Shown here piece by piece: positions 1-13,966 of a stretch of DNA of 64,000 nt. The notes under the pieces are model-generated. The model saw only the letters and a list, made by a program, of their open reading frames with translations. It ran no database searches and was not told the origin of the DNA. This DNA comes from Eledone cirrhosa. Its lineage: Eukaryota. Each line of letters opens with the position of its first letter. Position 1 is the first letter of the stretch. The position numbers and the translations under genes are program-made. The DNA is taken from NCBI GenBank assembly GCA_964016885.1, contig OZ024740.1, positions 6,944,001 to 7,008,000 on the forward strand. The letters run 5' to 3'.

Positions 1-3000
1 ACTCAGATCCTAAGGCAGTGTTTGTGAGAGACATTACACCAAAATACTCAGATCCTAAGGCAGTTTTTGTGAGAGATATTACCCCAAAATACTCAGATCC
101 TAAGGCAGTGTTTGTGAGAGATATTACCCCCGAAATACTCAGATCCTAAGGCAGTGTTTGTGAGAGATATTACCCCAAAATACTCAGATCCTAAGGCAGT
201 ATTTGTGAGAGACATTACCCCAAAATATTCAGATCCTAAGGCTGTATTTGTGAGAGACATTACCCCAAAATACTGAGTTCCTAAGGCAGTATTTGTGAGA
301 GACATTACCCCAAAATACTCAGATCCTCAGGCTGTATTTGTGAGAGACATTACCCCAAAATACTCAGATTCTAAGGCTGTATTTTTGAGAGACATTACCC
401 CAAAATACTCAGATCCTCAGGCTGTATTTGTGTGAGACATCACCCCAAAATACTCAGATCCTAAGGTCGTGTTTGTGAGAGACATTATCCCAAAATACTC
501 AGATTCTAAGGCTGTATTTTTGAGAGACATTACCCCAAAATACTCAGATCCTCAGGCTGTATTTGTGAGAGACATCACCCCAAAATACTCAGATCCTAAG
601 GTAGTGTTTGTGAGAGACATTATCCCAAAATACTCAGATCCTAAGGCTGTATTTGTGAGAGACATTACCCCAAAATACTCAGATCGTAAGGCTGTATTTT
701 TGAGAGACATTAACCCAAAATTCTCAGATCCTAAGGCAGTGTTTGTGAGAGACATTACCCCAAAATACTCAGATCCTAAGGCAGTATTTGTGAGAGACAT
801 TACCCCCAAAATGCTCAGATCCTAAGGCAGTGTTTGTGAGAGACATTACCCCAAAATACTCAGATCCTAAGGCAGTGTTTGTGAGAGACATTACCCCCAA
901 AATACTCAGATCCTAAGGCAGTGTTTGTGAGAGACATTACCCCAAAATACTCAGATACTAAGGCAGTATTTGTGAGAGACATTACGCCAAAATACTGAGC
1001 TCCTAAGGCTGTGTTTGTGAGAGACATTACCCCAAAATACTGAGATCCTAAGGCTGAGTTTGTTAGAGACATTACCCCAAAATACTGAGATCCTAAGGCA
1101 GTATTTCTGAGAGACATTACCCCAAAATACTCAGATCCTGAGGCAGTGTTTGTGAGAGACATTACGCCAAAATACTCAGATCCTAAGGCTGTGTTTGTGA
1201 CAGACATTACCCCAATATACTCAGATCCTAAGAGAGTGTTTGTGAGAGACATTACCCCAAAATACTCAGATCCTAAGGCTGTATTTGTGAGAGGCATTAC
1301 CCCAAAATACTGAGATTCTAAGGCTGTATTTTTGAGAGACATTACCCCAAAATACTCAGATCCTAAGGTAGTGTTTGTGAGAGACATTATCCCAAAATAC
1401 TCAGATCCTCAGGCTGTATTTGTGGGAGACATTACCCCAAAATACTCAGATCCTAAGGTAGTGTTTGTGAGAGACATTATCCCAAAATACTCAGATCCTA
1501 AGGCTGTATTTGTGCGAGACATTACCCCAAAATACTCAGATCCTAAGGCAGTATTTGTGAGAGACATTACGCCAAAATACTCAGATCCCAAGGCAGTGTT
1601 TGTGAGAGACATTACCCCAAAATACTCAGATCCTAAGGCTGTGTTTGTGAGAGATATTACCCCAAAATACTCAGATCCTAAGGCAGTGTTTGTGAGAGAC
1701 ATTACACCAAAATACTCAGATCCTAAGGCTGTATTTGTGAGAGACAATACCCCAAAATACTCAGATCCTAAGGCTGTATTTGTGAGAGACAATACCCCAA
1801 AATACTCAGATCCTAAGGCAGTATTTGTGAGAGACAATAACCCAAAATACTCAGATCCTAAGGTAGTATTTGGGAGAGACATTACCCCCAAAATACTCAG
1901 ATCCTAAGGCTGTACTTGTGAGAGACATTACCCCAAAATACTCAGATCCTAAGGCAGTGTTTGTGAGGGACATTACCCAAAAATACTCAGATCCTAAGGC
2001 AGTATTTGTGAGAGACATTACCCCAAAATACTCAGATCCCAAGGCAGTGTTTGTGAGAGACATTACCCCAAAATACTCAGATCCTAAGGCTGTGTTTGTG
2101 AGAGATATTACCCCAAACTACTCAGATCCTAAGGCAGTGTTTGTGAGAGACATTACACCAAAATACTCAGATCCTAAGGCAGTGTTTGGAGAGATATTAC
2201 CCCAAAATACTCAGATCCTAAGGCAGTGTTTGTGACAGACATTACCCCAAAATACACAGATACTAAGGCAGTATTTGTGAGAGACATTACCCCAAAATAC
2301 TCAGATCCTAAGGCAGTGTTTGTGAGGGACATTACCCCCAAATACTCAGATCCCAAGGCAGTATTTGTGAGAGACATTACCCCAAAATACTCAGATCCCA
2401 AGGCAGTGTTTGTGAGAGACATTACCCCAAAATACTCAGATCCTAAGGCTGTGTTTGTGAGAGATATTACCCCAAAATACTCAGATCCTAAGGCAGTGTT
2501 TGTGAGAGACATTACACCAAAATACTCAGATCCTAAGGCAGTTTTTGTGAGAGATATTACCCCAAAATACTCAGATCCTAAGGCAGTGTTTGTGAGAGAT
2601 ATTACCCCCGAAATACTCAGATCCTAAGGCAGTGTTTGTGAGAGATATTACCCCAAAATACTCAGATCCTAAGGCAGTATTTGTGAGAGACATTACCCCA
2701 AAATATTCAGATCCTAAGGCTGTATTTGTGAGAGACATTACCCCAAAATACTGAGTTCCTAAGGCAGTATTTGTGAGAGACATTACCCCAAAATACTCAG
2801 ATCCTCAGGCTGTATTTGTGAGAGACATTACCCCAAAATACTCAGATTCTAAGGCTGTATTTTTGAGAGACATTACCCCAAAATACTCAGATCCTCAGGC
2901 TGTATTTGTGTGAGACATCCCCCCAAAATACTCAGATCCTAAGGTCGTGTTTGTGAGAGACATTATCCCAAAATACTCAGATTCTAAGGCTGTATTTTTG

Positions 3001-6000
3001 AGAGACATTACCCCAAAATACTCAGATCCTCAGGCTGTATTTGTGAGAGACATCACCCCAAAATACTCAGATCCTAAGGTAGTGTTTGTGAGAGACATTA
3101 TCCCAAAATACTCAGATCCTAAGGCTGTATTTGTGAGAGACATTACCCCAAAATACTCAGATCGTAAGGCTGTATTTTTGAGAGACATTAACCCAAAATT
3201 CTCAGATCCTAAGGCAGTGTTTGTGAGAGACATTACCCCAAAATACTCAGATCCTAAGGCAGTATTTGTGAGAGACATTACCCCCAAAATGCTCAGATCC
3301 TAAGGCAGTGTTTGTGAGAGACATTACCCCAAAATACTCAGATCCTAAGGCAGTGTTTGTGAGAGACATTACCCCCAAAATACTCAGATCCTAAGGCAGT
3401 GTTTGTGAGAGATATTACCCCAAAATACTCAGATCCTAAGGCAGTGTTTGTGAGATACATTACCCCAAAATACTCAGATTCTAAGGCAGTGTTTGTGAGA
3501 CTATTACCCCAAAATACTCAGATACTAAGTCAGTTTTTGTGAGAGATATTACCCCAAAATACTCAGATCCTAAGGCAGTGTTTGTGAGATACATTACCGC
3601 AAAATACTCAGATCGTAAGGCAGTGTTTGTGAGAGATATTACCCCAAAATACTCAGATCCTAAGGCATCGTTTGTGAGAGACATTACCCCAAAATACTCA
3701 GATCCTAAGGCTGTATTTGTGAGAGACATTACCCCAAAATACTGACATCCTAAGGCTGTATTTGTAAGAGACATTACCCCCAAAATACTCAGATCTTAAG
3801 GCTGTGTTTGTGAGAGATATTACCCCAAAATCCTCAGATCCTGAGGCAGTGTTTGTGAGAGATATTACCCCAAAATACTCAGATCCTAAGGCAGTGTTTG
3901 CGAGAGACATTACCCCAAAATACTCAGATCCTAAGGCAGAGTTTGTGAGAGATATTACCCCAAAATACTCAGATCCTAAGGCAGTGTTTGTGAGAGATAT
4001 TACCCCAAAATACTCAGATCTTAAGGCAGTGTTTGTGAGAGATATTACCCCAAAATACTCAGATCCTAAGGCAGTATTTGTGAGAGACATTACCCCTAAA
4101 ATACTCAGATCCTAAGGCAGTATTTGTGAGAGACATTACCCCAAAATACTCAGATCCTAAGGCTGTATTTGTGAGAGACATTACCCCCAAATACTCAGAT
4201 CCTAAGGCTGTGTTTATGATAGACATTACCCCAAAATACTCAGATCCTAAGGCTGTATTTGTGAGAGACATTACCCCAAAATACAGACATCCTAAGGCTG
4301 TATTTGTGAGAGACATTACCCCCAAAATACTCAGATCTTAAGGCTGTGTTTGTGAGAGACATTACCCCAAAATACTCAGATCCTAACAGTGTTTGTGAGA
4401 GACATTACCCCAAAATACTCAGATTCTAAGGCAGTGTTTGTGAGAGATATTACCCCAAAATACTCAGATCCTAAGGCAGTGTTTGTGAGATACATTACCC
4501 CAAAATACTCAGATTCTAAGGCAGTGTTTGTGAGAGACATTCCCCCAAAATACTCAGATTCTAAGGCAGTGTTTGTGAGAGACATTACCCCAAAATACTC
4601 AGATTCTAAGGCAGTTTTTGTGAGAGATATTACCCCAAAATACTCAGATTCTAAGGCAGTGTTTGTGAGAGACATTACCCCAAAATACTCAGATTCTAAG
4701 GCAGTGTTTGTTAGAGATATTACCCCAAAATACTCAGATCCTAAGGCAGTGTTTGTGAGATACATTACCCCAAAATACTCAGCTCGTAAGGCAGTGTTTG
4801 TGAGAGATATTACCCCAAAATACTCAGATCCAAAGGCAGTATTTGTGAGAGACATTACCCCAAAATACTCAGATCCTAACGCTGTATTTGTGAGAGAGAT
4901 TACCCCAAAATACTGACATCCTAAGGCTGTATTTGTGAGAGACATTACCCCCAAAATACTCAGATCTTAAGGCTGTGTTTGAGAGAGACATTACCCGAAA
5001 ATACTCAGATCCTAAGGCAGTGTTTGTGAGAGACATTACCCCAAAATACTCAGATCCTAAGGTAGTGTTTGTGAGAGATATTACCCCAAAATACTCAGAT
5101 CCTGAGGCAGTGTTTGTGAGAGATATTACCCCAAAATGCTCAGATCCTAAGGCAGTGTTTGTGAGAGATATTACCCCAAAATACTCAGATCCTAAGGCGG
5201 TATTTGTGAGAGACATTACCCCTAAAATACTCAGATCCTAAGGCAGTAGTTGTGAGAGACATTACCCCAAAATACTCAGATCCTAAGGCTGTATTTGTGA
5301 GAGACATTACCCCAAAATACTCAGATCCTAAGGCTGTATTTATGATAGACATTACCCCAAGATACTCAGATCCTAAGGCTGTATTTGTGAGAGATATTAC
5401 CCCTAAATACTCAGATCCTAAGGCTGTATTTGTGAGAGACATTACCCCAAAATACTGAGATACTAAGGCAGTGTTTGTGAGAGACATTACCCCAAAATAC
5501 TCAGATCCTAAGGCAGTATTTGTGAGAGACATTACCCCCAAAATGCTCAGATCCTAAGGCAGTGTTTGTGAGAGACATTACCCCAAAATACTCAGATCCT
5601 AAGGCAGTGTTTGTGAGAGACATTACCCCCAAAATACTCAGATCCCAAGGCAGTGTTTGTGAGAGACATTACCCCAAAATACTCAGATCCTAACAGTGTT
5701 TTTGAGAGACATTCCCCCAAAATACTCAGATTCTAAGGCAGTGTTTGTGAGAGACATTACCCCAAAATACTCAGATTCTAAGGCAGTTTTTGTGAGAGAT
5801 ATTACCCCAAAATACTCAGATCCTAAGGCAGTGTTTGTGAGATACATTACCCCAAAATACTCAGCTCGTAAGGCAGTGTTTGTGAGAGATATTACCCCAA
5901 AATACTCAGATCCAAAGGCAGTATTTGTGAGAGACATTACCCCAAAATACTCAGATCCTAACGCTGTATTTGTGAGTGACATTACCCCAAAATACTGAGA

Positions 6001-9000
6001 TCCTAAGGCTGTAATTGTGAGAGACATTACCCACAAAATACTCAGATCTTAAGGCTGTGTTTGAGAGAGACATTACCCGAAAATACTCAGATCCTAAGGC
6101 AGTGTTTGTGAGAGACATTACCCCAAAATACTGAGATCCTAAGGCTGTGTTTGTGAGAGACATTACCCCTAAATACTGAGATCCTAAGGCTGTGTTTGTG
6201 AGAGACATTACCCCAAAATACTGAGATCCTAAGACAGTGTTTGTGAGAGACATTACCCCAAAATATTCAGATCCTAAGGCTGTATTTGTGAGAGACATTA
6301 CCCCAAAATACTGAGATCCTAAGGCTGTATTTGTGAGAGACATTACCCCAAAATACTGAGATCCTAAGGCAGTATTTGTGAGAGACATTACCCCAAAATA
6401 CTCAGATCCTAAGGCAGTATTTGTGAGAGGCATTACCCCAAAATACTGAGATCCTAAGGCTGTATTTGTGAGAGACATTACCCCAAAATACTCAGATCCT
6501 AAGGCAGTTTTTGTGAGAGACATTACCCCAAAATACTCAGATCCTAAGGCAGTTTTTGTGAGAGACATTACCCCAAAATACTCAGATCCTAAGACAGTGT
6601 TTGTGAGAGACATTACCCCAAAATACTCAGATCCTAAGGCAGTTTTTCTGAGAGACATTACCCCAAAATACTGTGATCCTAAGGCCGTATTTGTGAGAGA
6701 CATTACCCCAAAATACTGAGATCCTAAGGCTGTATTTGTGAGAGACATTACCCCAAAATACTGATATCTTAAGGCTGTATCTGTGAGAGACATTACCCCA
6801 AAATACTCAGATCTTAAGGCTGTGTTTGTGAGAGACATTACCCCAAAATACTGAGATCCTAAGGCAGTATTTGTGACAGACATTACCCCAAAATACACAG
6901 ATCCTAAGGCTGTGTTTGTGAGAGACATTACCCCCAAAATACTCAGATCCTAAGGCAGTGTTTGTGAGAGACATTACCCCAAAATACTCAGATCCTAAGG
7001 CTGTATTTGTGAGAGACATTACCCCAAAATACTCAGATCCTAAGGCAGTGTTTTTGAGAGACATTACCGCAAAATACTCAGATCCTAAGGCATCGTTTGT
7101 GTGAGACATTACCCCAAAATACTCAGATCCTAAGGCTGTATTTGTGAGAGACATTACCCCAAAATACTCAGATCCTAAGGCAGTGTTTGTGAGAGACATT
7201 ACCCCAAAATACTCAGATCCTAAGGCTGTGTTTGTGAGAGACAATACCCCAAAATACTCAGACACTAAGGCTGTATTTGTGACAGACATTACCCCCAAAA
7301 TACTCAGATCCTAACGCAGTGTTTGTGAGAGACATTACCCCAAAGTACTCAGATCCTAAGGCTGTGTTTGTGACAGACATTACCCCAAAATACACAGATC
7401 CTAAGGCAGTATTTGTGAGAGACATTACCCCCAAAATGCTCAGATCCTAAGGCAGTGTTTGTGAGAGACATTACCCCAAAATACTCAGATCCTAAGGCAT
7501 CGTTTGTGAGAGACATTACCCCAAAAATACTCAGATCCTAAGGCAGTGTTTGTGAGAGACATTACCCCAAAATACTCAGATCCTAAGGCAGTGTTTGTGA
7601 GAGACATTACCCCAAAATACTCAGATCCTAAGGCAGTGTTTGTGAGAGATATTACCCCAAAATACTCAGATTCTAAGGCAGTGTTTGTGAGAGATATTAC
7701 CCCAAAATACTCAGATCCTAAGGCTGTATTCGTGAGAGACATTACCCCAAAATACTCAGATCCTAAGGCTGTATTTGTGAGAGACATTACCCCAAAATAC
7801 TCAGATCCTAAGGCTGTATTTGTGAGAGACATTACCCCAAAATTCTCAGATCCTAAGGCAGTGTTTTTGAGAGACATTACCGCAAAATACTCAGATCCTA
7901 AGGCATCGTTTGTGTGAGACATTACCCCAAAATACTCAGATCCTAAGGCTGTATTTGTGAGAGACATTACCCCAAAATACTGAGATCCTAAGGCAGTGTT
8001 TGTGAGAGACATTACCCCAAAATACTCAGATCCTAAGGCTGTGTTTGTGAGAGACAATACCCCAAAATACTCAGACCCTAAGGCTGTATTTGTGACAGAC
8101 ATTACCCCCAAAATACTCAGATCCTAACGCAGTGTTTGTGAGAGACATTACCCCAAAGTACTCAGATCCTAAGGCTGTGTTTGTGACAGACATTACCCCA
8201 AAATACACAGATCCTAAGGCAGTATTTGTGAGAGACATTACCCCCAAAATGCTCAGATCCTAAGGCAGTGTTTGTGAGAGACATTACCCCAAAATACTCA
8301 GATCCTAAGGCATCGTTTGTGAGAGACATTACCCCAAAAATACTCAGATCCTAAGGCAGTGTTTGTGAGAGACATTACCCCAAAATACTCAGATCCTAAG
8401 GCAGTGTTTGTGAGAGACATTACCCCAAAATACTCCAATTCTAAGGCAGTGTTTGTGAGAATATTACCCCAAAATACTCAGATACTAAGTCAGTTTTTGT
8501 GAGAGATATTACCCCAAAATACTCAGATCCTAAGGCAGTGTTTGTGAGATACATTACCCCAAAATACTCAGATCCTAAGGCAGTGTTTGTGAGAGATATT
8601 ACCCCAAAATACTCAGATTCTAAGGCAGTGTTTGTGAGAGATATTACCCCAAAATACTCAGATCCTAAGGCTGTATTCGTGAGAGACATTACCCCAAAAT
8701 ACTCAGATCCTAAGGCTGTATTTGTGAGAGACATTACCCCAAAATACCAGATCCTAAGGCTGTATTTGTGAGAGACATTACCCCAAAATACTCAGATCCT
8801 AAGGCTGTATTTGTGAGAGACATTACCCCAAAATACTCAGATCCTAAGGCTGTATTTGTGAGAGACATTACCCCAAAATACTCAGATCCTAAGGCAGTGT
8901 TTTTGAGAGACATTACCGCAAAATACTCAGATCCTAAGGCATCGTTTATGTGAGACATTACCCCAAAATACTCAGATCCTAAGGCTGTATTTGTGAGAGA

Positions 9001-12000
9001 CATTACCCCAAAATACTCAGATCCTAAGGCAGTGTTTGTGAGAGACATTACCCCAAAATACTCAGATCCTAAGGCTGTGTTTGTGAGAGACAATACCCCA
9101 AAATACTCAGACCCTAAGGCTGTATTTGTGACAGACATTACCCCCAAAATACTCAGATCCTAAGGCTGTATTTGTGAGAGACATTACCCCAAAATACACA
9201 GATCCTAAGGCAGTATTTGTGAGAGACATTACCCCCAAAATGCTCAGATCCTAAGGCAGTGTTTGTGAGAGACATTACCCCAAAATACTCAGATCCTAAG
9301 GCATCGTTTGTGAGAGACATTACCCCCAAAATACTGAGATCCTAAGGCAGTGTTTGTGAGAGACATTACCCCAAAATACTCAGATCCTAAGGCAGTGTTT
9401 GTGAGAGACATTACCCCAAAATACTCAGATCCTAAGGCAGTGTTTGTGAGAGACATTACCCCAAAATACTCAGATCCTAAGGCAGTGTTTGTGAGAGACA
9501 TTACCCCAAAATACTCAGATCCTAAGGCTGTGTTTGTGAGAGACAATACCCCAAAATACTCAGACCCTAAGGCTGTATTTGTGACAGACATTACCCCCAA
9601 AATACTCAGATCCTAACGCAGTGTTTGTGAGAGACATTACCCCAAAGTACTCAGATCCTAAGGCTGTGTTTGTGAGAGACATTACCCCAAAATACTCAGA
9701 TCCTAAGGCATCGTTTGTGAGAGACATTACCCCAAAAATACTCAGATCCTAAGGCAGTGTTTGTGAGAGACATTACCCCAAAATACTCAGATCCTAAGGC
9801 AGTGTTTGTGAGAGACATTACCCCAAAATACTCCAATTCTAAGGCAGTGTTTGTGAGAATATTACCCCAAAATACTCAGATTCTAAGGCAGTGTTTGTGA
9901 GAGATATTACCCCAAAATACTCAGATCCTAAGGCTGTATTCGTGAGAGACATTACCCCAAAATACTCAGATCCTAAGGCTGTATTTGTGACAGACATTAC
10001 CCCAAAATACCAGATCCTAAGGCTGTATTTGTGAGAGACATTACCCCAAAATACTCAGATCCTAAGGCTGTATTTGTGAGAGACATTACCCCAAAATACT
10101 CAGATCCTAAGGCTGTATTTGTGAGAGACATTACCCCAAAATACTCAGATCCTAAGGCAGTGTTTTTGAGAGACATTACCGCAAAATACTCAGATCCTAA
10201 GGCATCGTTTGTCTGAGACATTACCCCAAAATACTCAGATCCTAAGGCTGTATTTGTGAGAGACATTACCCCAAAATACTCAGATCCTAAGGCAGTGTTT
10301 GTGAGAGACATTACCCCAAAATACTCAGATCCTAAGGCTGTGTTTGTGAGAGACAATACCCCAAAATACTCAGACCCTAAGGCTGTATTTGTGACAGACA
10401 TTACCCCCAAAATACTCAGATCCTAACGCAGTGTTTGTGAGAGACATTACCCCAAAGTACTCAGATCCTAAGGCTGTGTTTGTGACAGACATTACCCCAA
10501 AATACACAGATCCTAAGGCAGTATTTGTGAGAGACATTACCCCCAAAATGCTCAGATCCTAAGGCAGTGTTTGTGAGAGACATTACCCCAAAATACTCAG
10601 ATCCTAAGGCATCGTTTGTGAGAGACATTACCCCAAAAATACTCAGATCCTAAGGCAGTGTTTGTGAGAGACATTACCCCAAAATACTCAGATCCTAAGG
10701 CAGTGTTTGTGAGAGACATTACCCCAAAATACTCAGATCCTAAGGCAGTGTTTGTGAGAGATATTACCCCAAAATACTCAGATTCTAAGGCAGTGTTTGT
10801 GAGAGATATTACCCCAAAATACTCAGATCCTAAGGCTGTATTCGTGAGAGACATTACCCCAAAATACTCAGATCCTAAGGCTGTATTTGTGAGAGACATT
10901 ACCTCAAAATACTCAGATCCTAAGGCTGTATTTGTGAGAGACATTACCCCAAAATACTCAGATCCTAAGGCAGTGTTTTTGAGAGACATTACCGCAAAAT
11001 ACTCAGATCCTAAGGCATCGTTTGTGTGAGACATTACCCCAAAATACTCAGATCCTAAGGCTGTATTTGTGAGAGACATTACCCCAAAATACTCAGATCC
11101 TAAGGCAGTGTTTGTGAGAGACATTACCCCAAAATACTCAGATCCTAAGGCTGTGTTTGTGAGAGACAATACCCCAAAATACTCAGACCCTAAGGCTGTA
11201 TTTGTGACAGACATTACCCCCAAAATACTCAGATCCTAAGGCAGTGTTTGTGAGAGACATTACCCCAAAGTACTCAGATCCTAAGGCTGTGTTTGTGAGA
11301 GACATTACCCCAAAATACTCAGATCCTAAGGCATCGTTTGTGAGAGACATTACCCCAAAAATACTCAGATCCTAAGGCAGTGTTTGTGAGAGACATTACC
11401 CCAAAATACTCAGATCCTAAGGCAGTGTTTGTGAGAGACATTACCCCAAAATACTCCAATTCTAAGGCAGTGTTTGTGAGAATATTACCCCAAAATACTC
11501 AGATACTAAGTCAGTTTCTGTGAGAGATATTACCCCAAAATACTCAGATCCTAAGGCAGTGTTTGTGAGATACATTACCCCAAAATACTCAGATCCTAAG
11601 GCAGTGTTTGTGAGAGATATTACCCCAAAATACTCAGATTCTAAGGCAGTGTTTGTGAGAGATATTACCCCAAAATACTCAGATCCTAAGGCTGTATTCG
11701 TGAGAGACATTACCCCAAAATACTCAGATCCTAAGGCTGTATTTGTGAGAGACATTACCCCAAAATACCAGATCCTAAGGCTGTATTTGTGAGAGACATT
11801 ACCCCAAAATACTCAGATCCTAAGGCTGTATTTGTGAGAGACATTACCCCAAAATACTCAGATCCTAAGGCAGTATTTGTGAGAGACATTACCCCAAAAT
11901 ACTCAGATCCCAAGGCTGTATTTGTGAGAGACATTACCCCAAAATACTCAGATCCTAAGGCTGTGTTTGTGAGAGACATTACCCCAAAATACTCAGATCC

Positions 12001-12477
12001 TAAGGCAGTGTTTGTGAGAGACATTACCCCAAAATACTCAGATCCTAAGGCAGTGTTTGTGAGAGACATTACCCCAAAATACTCAGATCCTAAGGCAGTA
12101 TTTGTGAGAGATATTACCCCAAAATACTCAGATCCTAAGGCTGTATTTGTGAGAGACATTACCCCAAAATACTCAGATCCTAAGGCTGTATTTGTGAGAG
12201 ACATTACCCCAAAATACTCAGATCCTAAGGCAGTGTTTGTGAGAGACATTACCCCAAAATACTCAGATCCTAAGGCAGTATTTGTGAGAGATATTACCCC
12301 AAAATACTCAGATCCTAAGGCTGTATTTGTGAGAGACATTACCCCAAAATACTCAGATCCTAAGGCTGTATTTGTGAGAGACATTACCCCAAAATACTCA
12401 GATCCTAAGGCAGTGTTTGTGAGAGACATTACCGCAAAATACTGAGTATGATCCTAAAACATCGGTGAGAGACATTT
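1..12477. repeat. Satellite A, 45-bp unit (TACTCAGATCCTAAGGCAGTGTTTGTGAGAGACATTACCCCAAAA), ~275 copies, runs off the left edge
   Basis: Head-to-tail 45-mer read directly, with scattered substitutions and occasional +1 C/A indels. The array degenerates at about 12445-12477. Confidence 0.98.
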
Positions 12478-12673
12478 ACAGATCAATAGATTCTACAAAC
12501 TTGTTGCTAATATTGAACAATTATGTACTTTACTGTATAAAGAGAGGTCTTCATGTTTTAGGTCAATTCTATTCCCAAGTCAGTAAAATATCTGTCATTG
12601 ATTTACATGCAAATGAAATGAAACTTCAATCCATATCTAATTAATTACGCTCTCAATCAATGTTATTATTATT

Positions 12674-12853
12674 TGGCAGTATCGGTAGAGGGTCGGACGC
12701 CATGTTTTGCAGCATAGAGTTACGGCCATTTACCGTCTGAATAGAAATACCGCTAAGGTTAACTTTGCCTTTCATCCTTACAGGGTCGATAAAATAAAGT
12801 ACCAGTAATGTACTGGGATGATTGCTGGCCTAGTGCCAAAAGTAGAAACAATT
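12674..12853 (+). mobile_element. tRNA-derived SINE, family 1 (copy 1)
   Basis: A-box-like TGGCAGTATCGG head, central GCCTTTCATCCTTACAGGGTCGATAAAATAAAGTACCAG block, AT-rich tail. Collinear homologue at 22756-22933. Confidence 0.8.
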
Positions 12854-12897
12854 ATATAATAAATAAATAATAAATATACATAAATAATAAATAAGTA

Positions 12898-12943
12898 AAT
12901 CATCATAATCATCATCATCATAACCATCATCATCATCATCATT

Positions 12944-12975
<32 letters not shown>

Positions 12976-13081
12976 TATCATCATCATCATCATCATCACA
13001 GTACTGATAAAGTGTTAGATACAATGCTTATATGTATATATATATATATATACACACACACATATATATATATATAGACAT

Positions 13082-13167
<86 letters not shown>
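12898..13167. repeat. Compound microsatellites (CAT)n, (CA)n, (TA)n
   Basis: Read directly from the sequence. Confidence 0.95.
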
Positions 13168-13170
<3 letters not shown>

Positions 13171-13305
13171 GATAAATCTACCAAGAGTTTACGGTAGTGT
13201 CCAATCCGTATGAAGAACTCAATGTAATCCGGATATCATGGAAAGAAGAGATGCAATGAAAAATCACTTTCGGTGAAAGATAAACGGGGTAATATCTCTC
13301 ACAAA

Positions 13306-13455
13306 CATTATTTCTGAAGACGGCTTATATATGTGTTGGTATGTATATTTAATTTTGATAGTTTGTATAATTTTGTATAATTTTGTACATAGATCTGTTG
13401 AGTATGCATGCCAATTCTAACACATATATATCCTAGAAACGATCGTTAAATAATG
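13306..13455 (+). ncRNA. Type I hammerhead-ribozyme-like motif (Penelope pLTR/retrozyme type) with enlarged stem II
   Basis: CATTATTT(13306-13313)-CTGAAGA(13314-13320)...GAAAC(13436-13440)-GATC-GTT-AAATAATG(13448-13455). Stem I is a perfect 8 bp, stem III is palindromic (AACGATCGTT), and the stem II arms are TATATATGTGTTGG/CTAACACATATATA. The base of stem II pairs poorly. Confidence 0.6.
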
Positions 13456-13511
13456 AACATTTTTTGTTTAATATAAGGAACTGTTTCATTGTTTTATTCA
13501 TTATTTTTTTA

Positions 13512-13579
<68 letters not shown>

Positions 13580-13654
13580 TAGGCATATATGTATACACAC
13601 ACACACACACATATACATATATACATATATATATATACATATACATATACACAT

Positions 13655-13768
13655 GCAGTGGAGTGTGTGCTGCTGTACGGGTCTGAGACTTGGACACTGA
13701 CCAAGAAACTCACTCAGATGGTAGATGGGTGCTACACGAGAATGCTGAGGATGGCTCTTTACATTAAT
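13655..13768 (+). mobile_element. RTE-clade LINE reverse transcriptase C-terminal fragment
   Basis: Translates [43 protein letters not shown]...MLR is the conserved post-RT motif of RTE-type ORFs. Confidence 0.85.
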
Positions 13769-13769
13769 T

Positions 13770-13905
13770 TGAAATATTCTTTGCTCAAAACACTCACACG
13801 ACCATAAGTATTACATGTGGGAAGTTTGAAAACAATCGGTCGGGTGGCTCTCGAGGTTTAGGGGGACAGACGGACAGACAGACATTCTCTGTTTTAGATA
13901 TATAG

Positions 13906-13906
<1 letters not shown>
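13770..13906 (-). mobile_element. Non-autonomous Helitron-like 5' end fragment (copy 1)
   Basis: The minus strand begins A|TCTATATATCTAAAACAGAGAATGTCTGTCTGTCCGTCTGTC...ACCGATT. A TC terminus followed by a (GTCT)n tract is typical of non-autonomous Helitrons. No 3' hairpin or CTRR end was seen. Confidence 0.55.
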
Positions 13907-13965
<59 letters not shown>

Positions 13966-13966
13966 A

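Noticed and set aside
93-12445. Repetitive ORFs (DITPKYSDPKAVFVR / MSLTNTALGSEYFGV)
   Set aside because: These are satellite translations with frequent frameshifts and stops.
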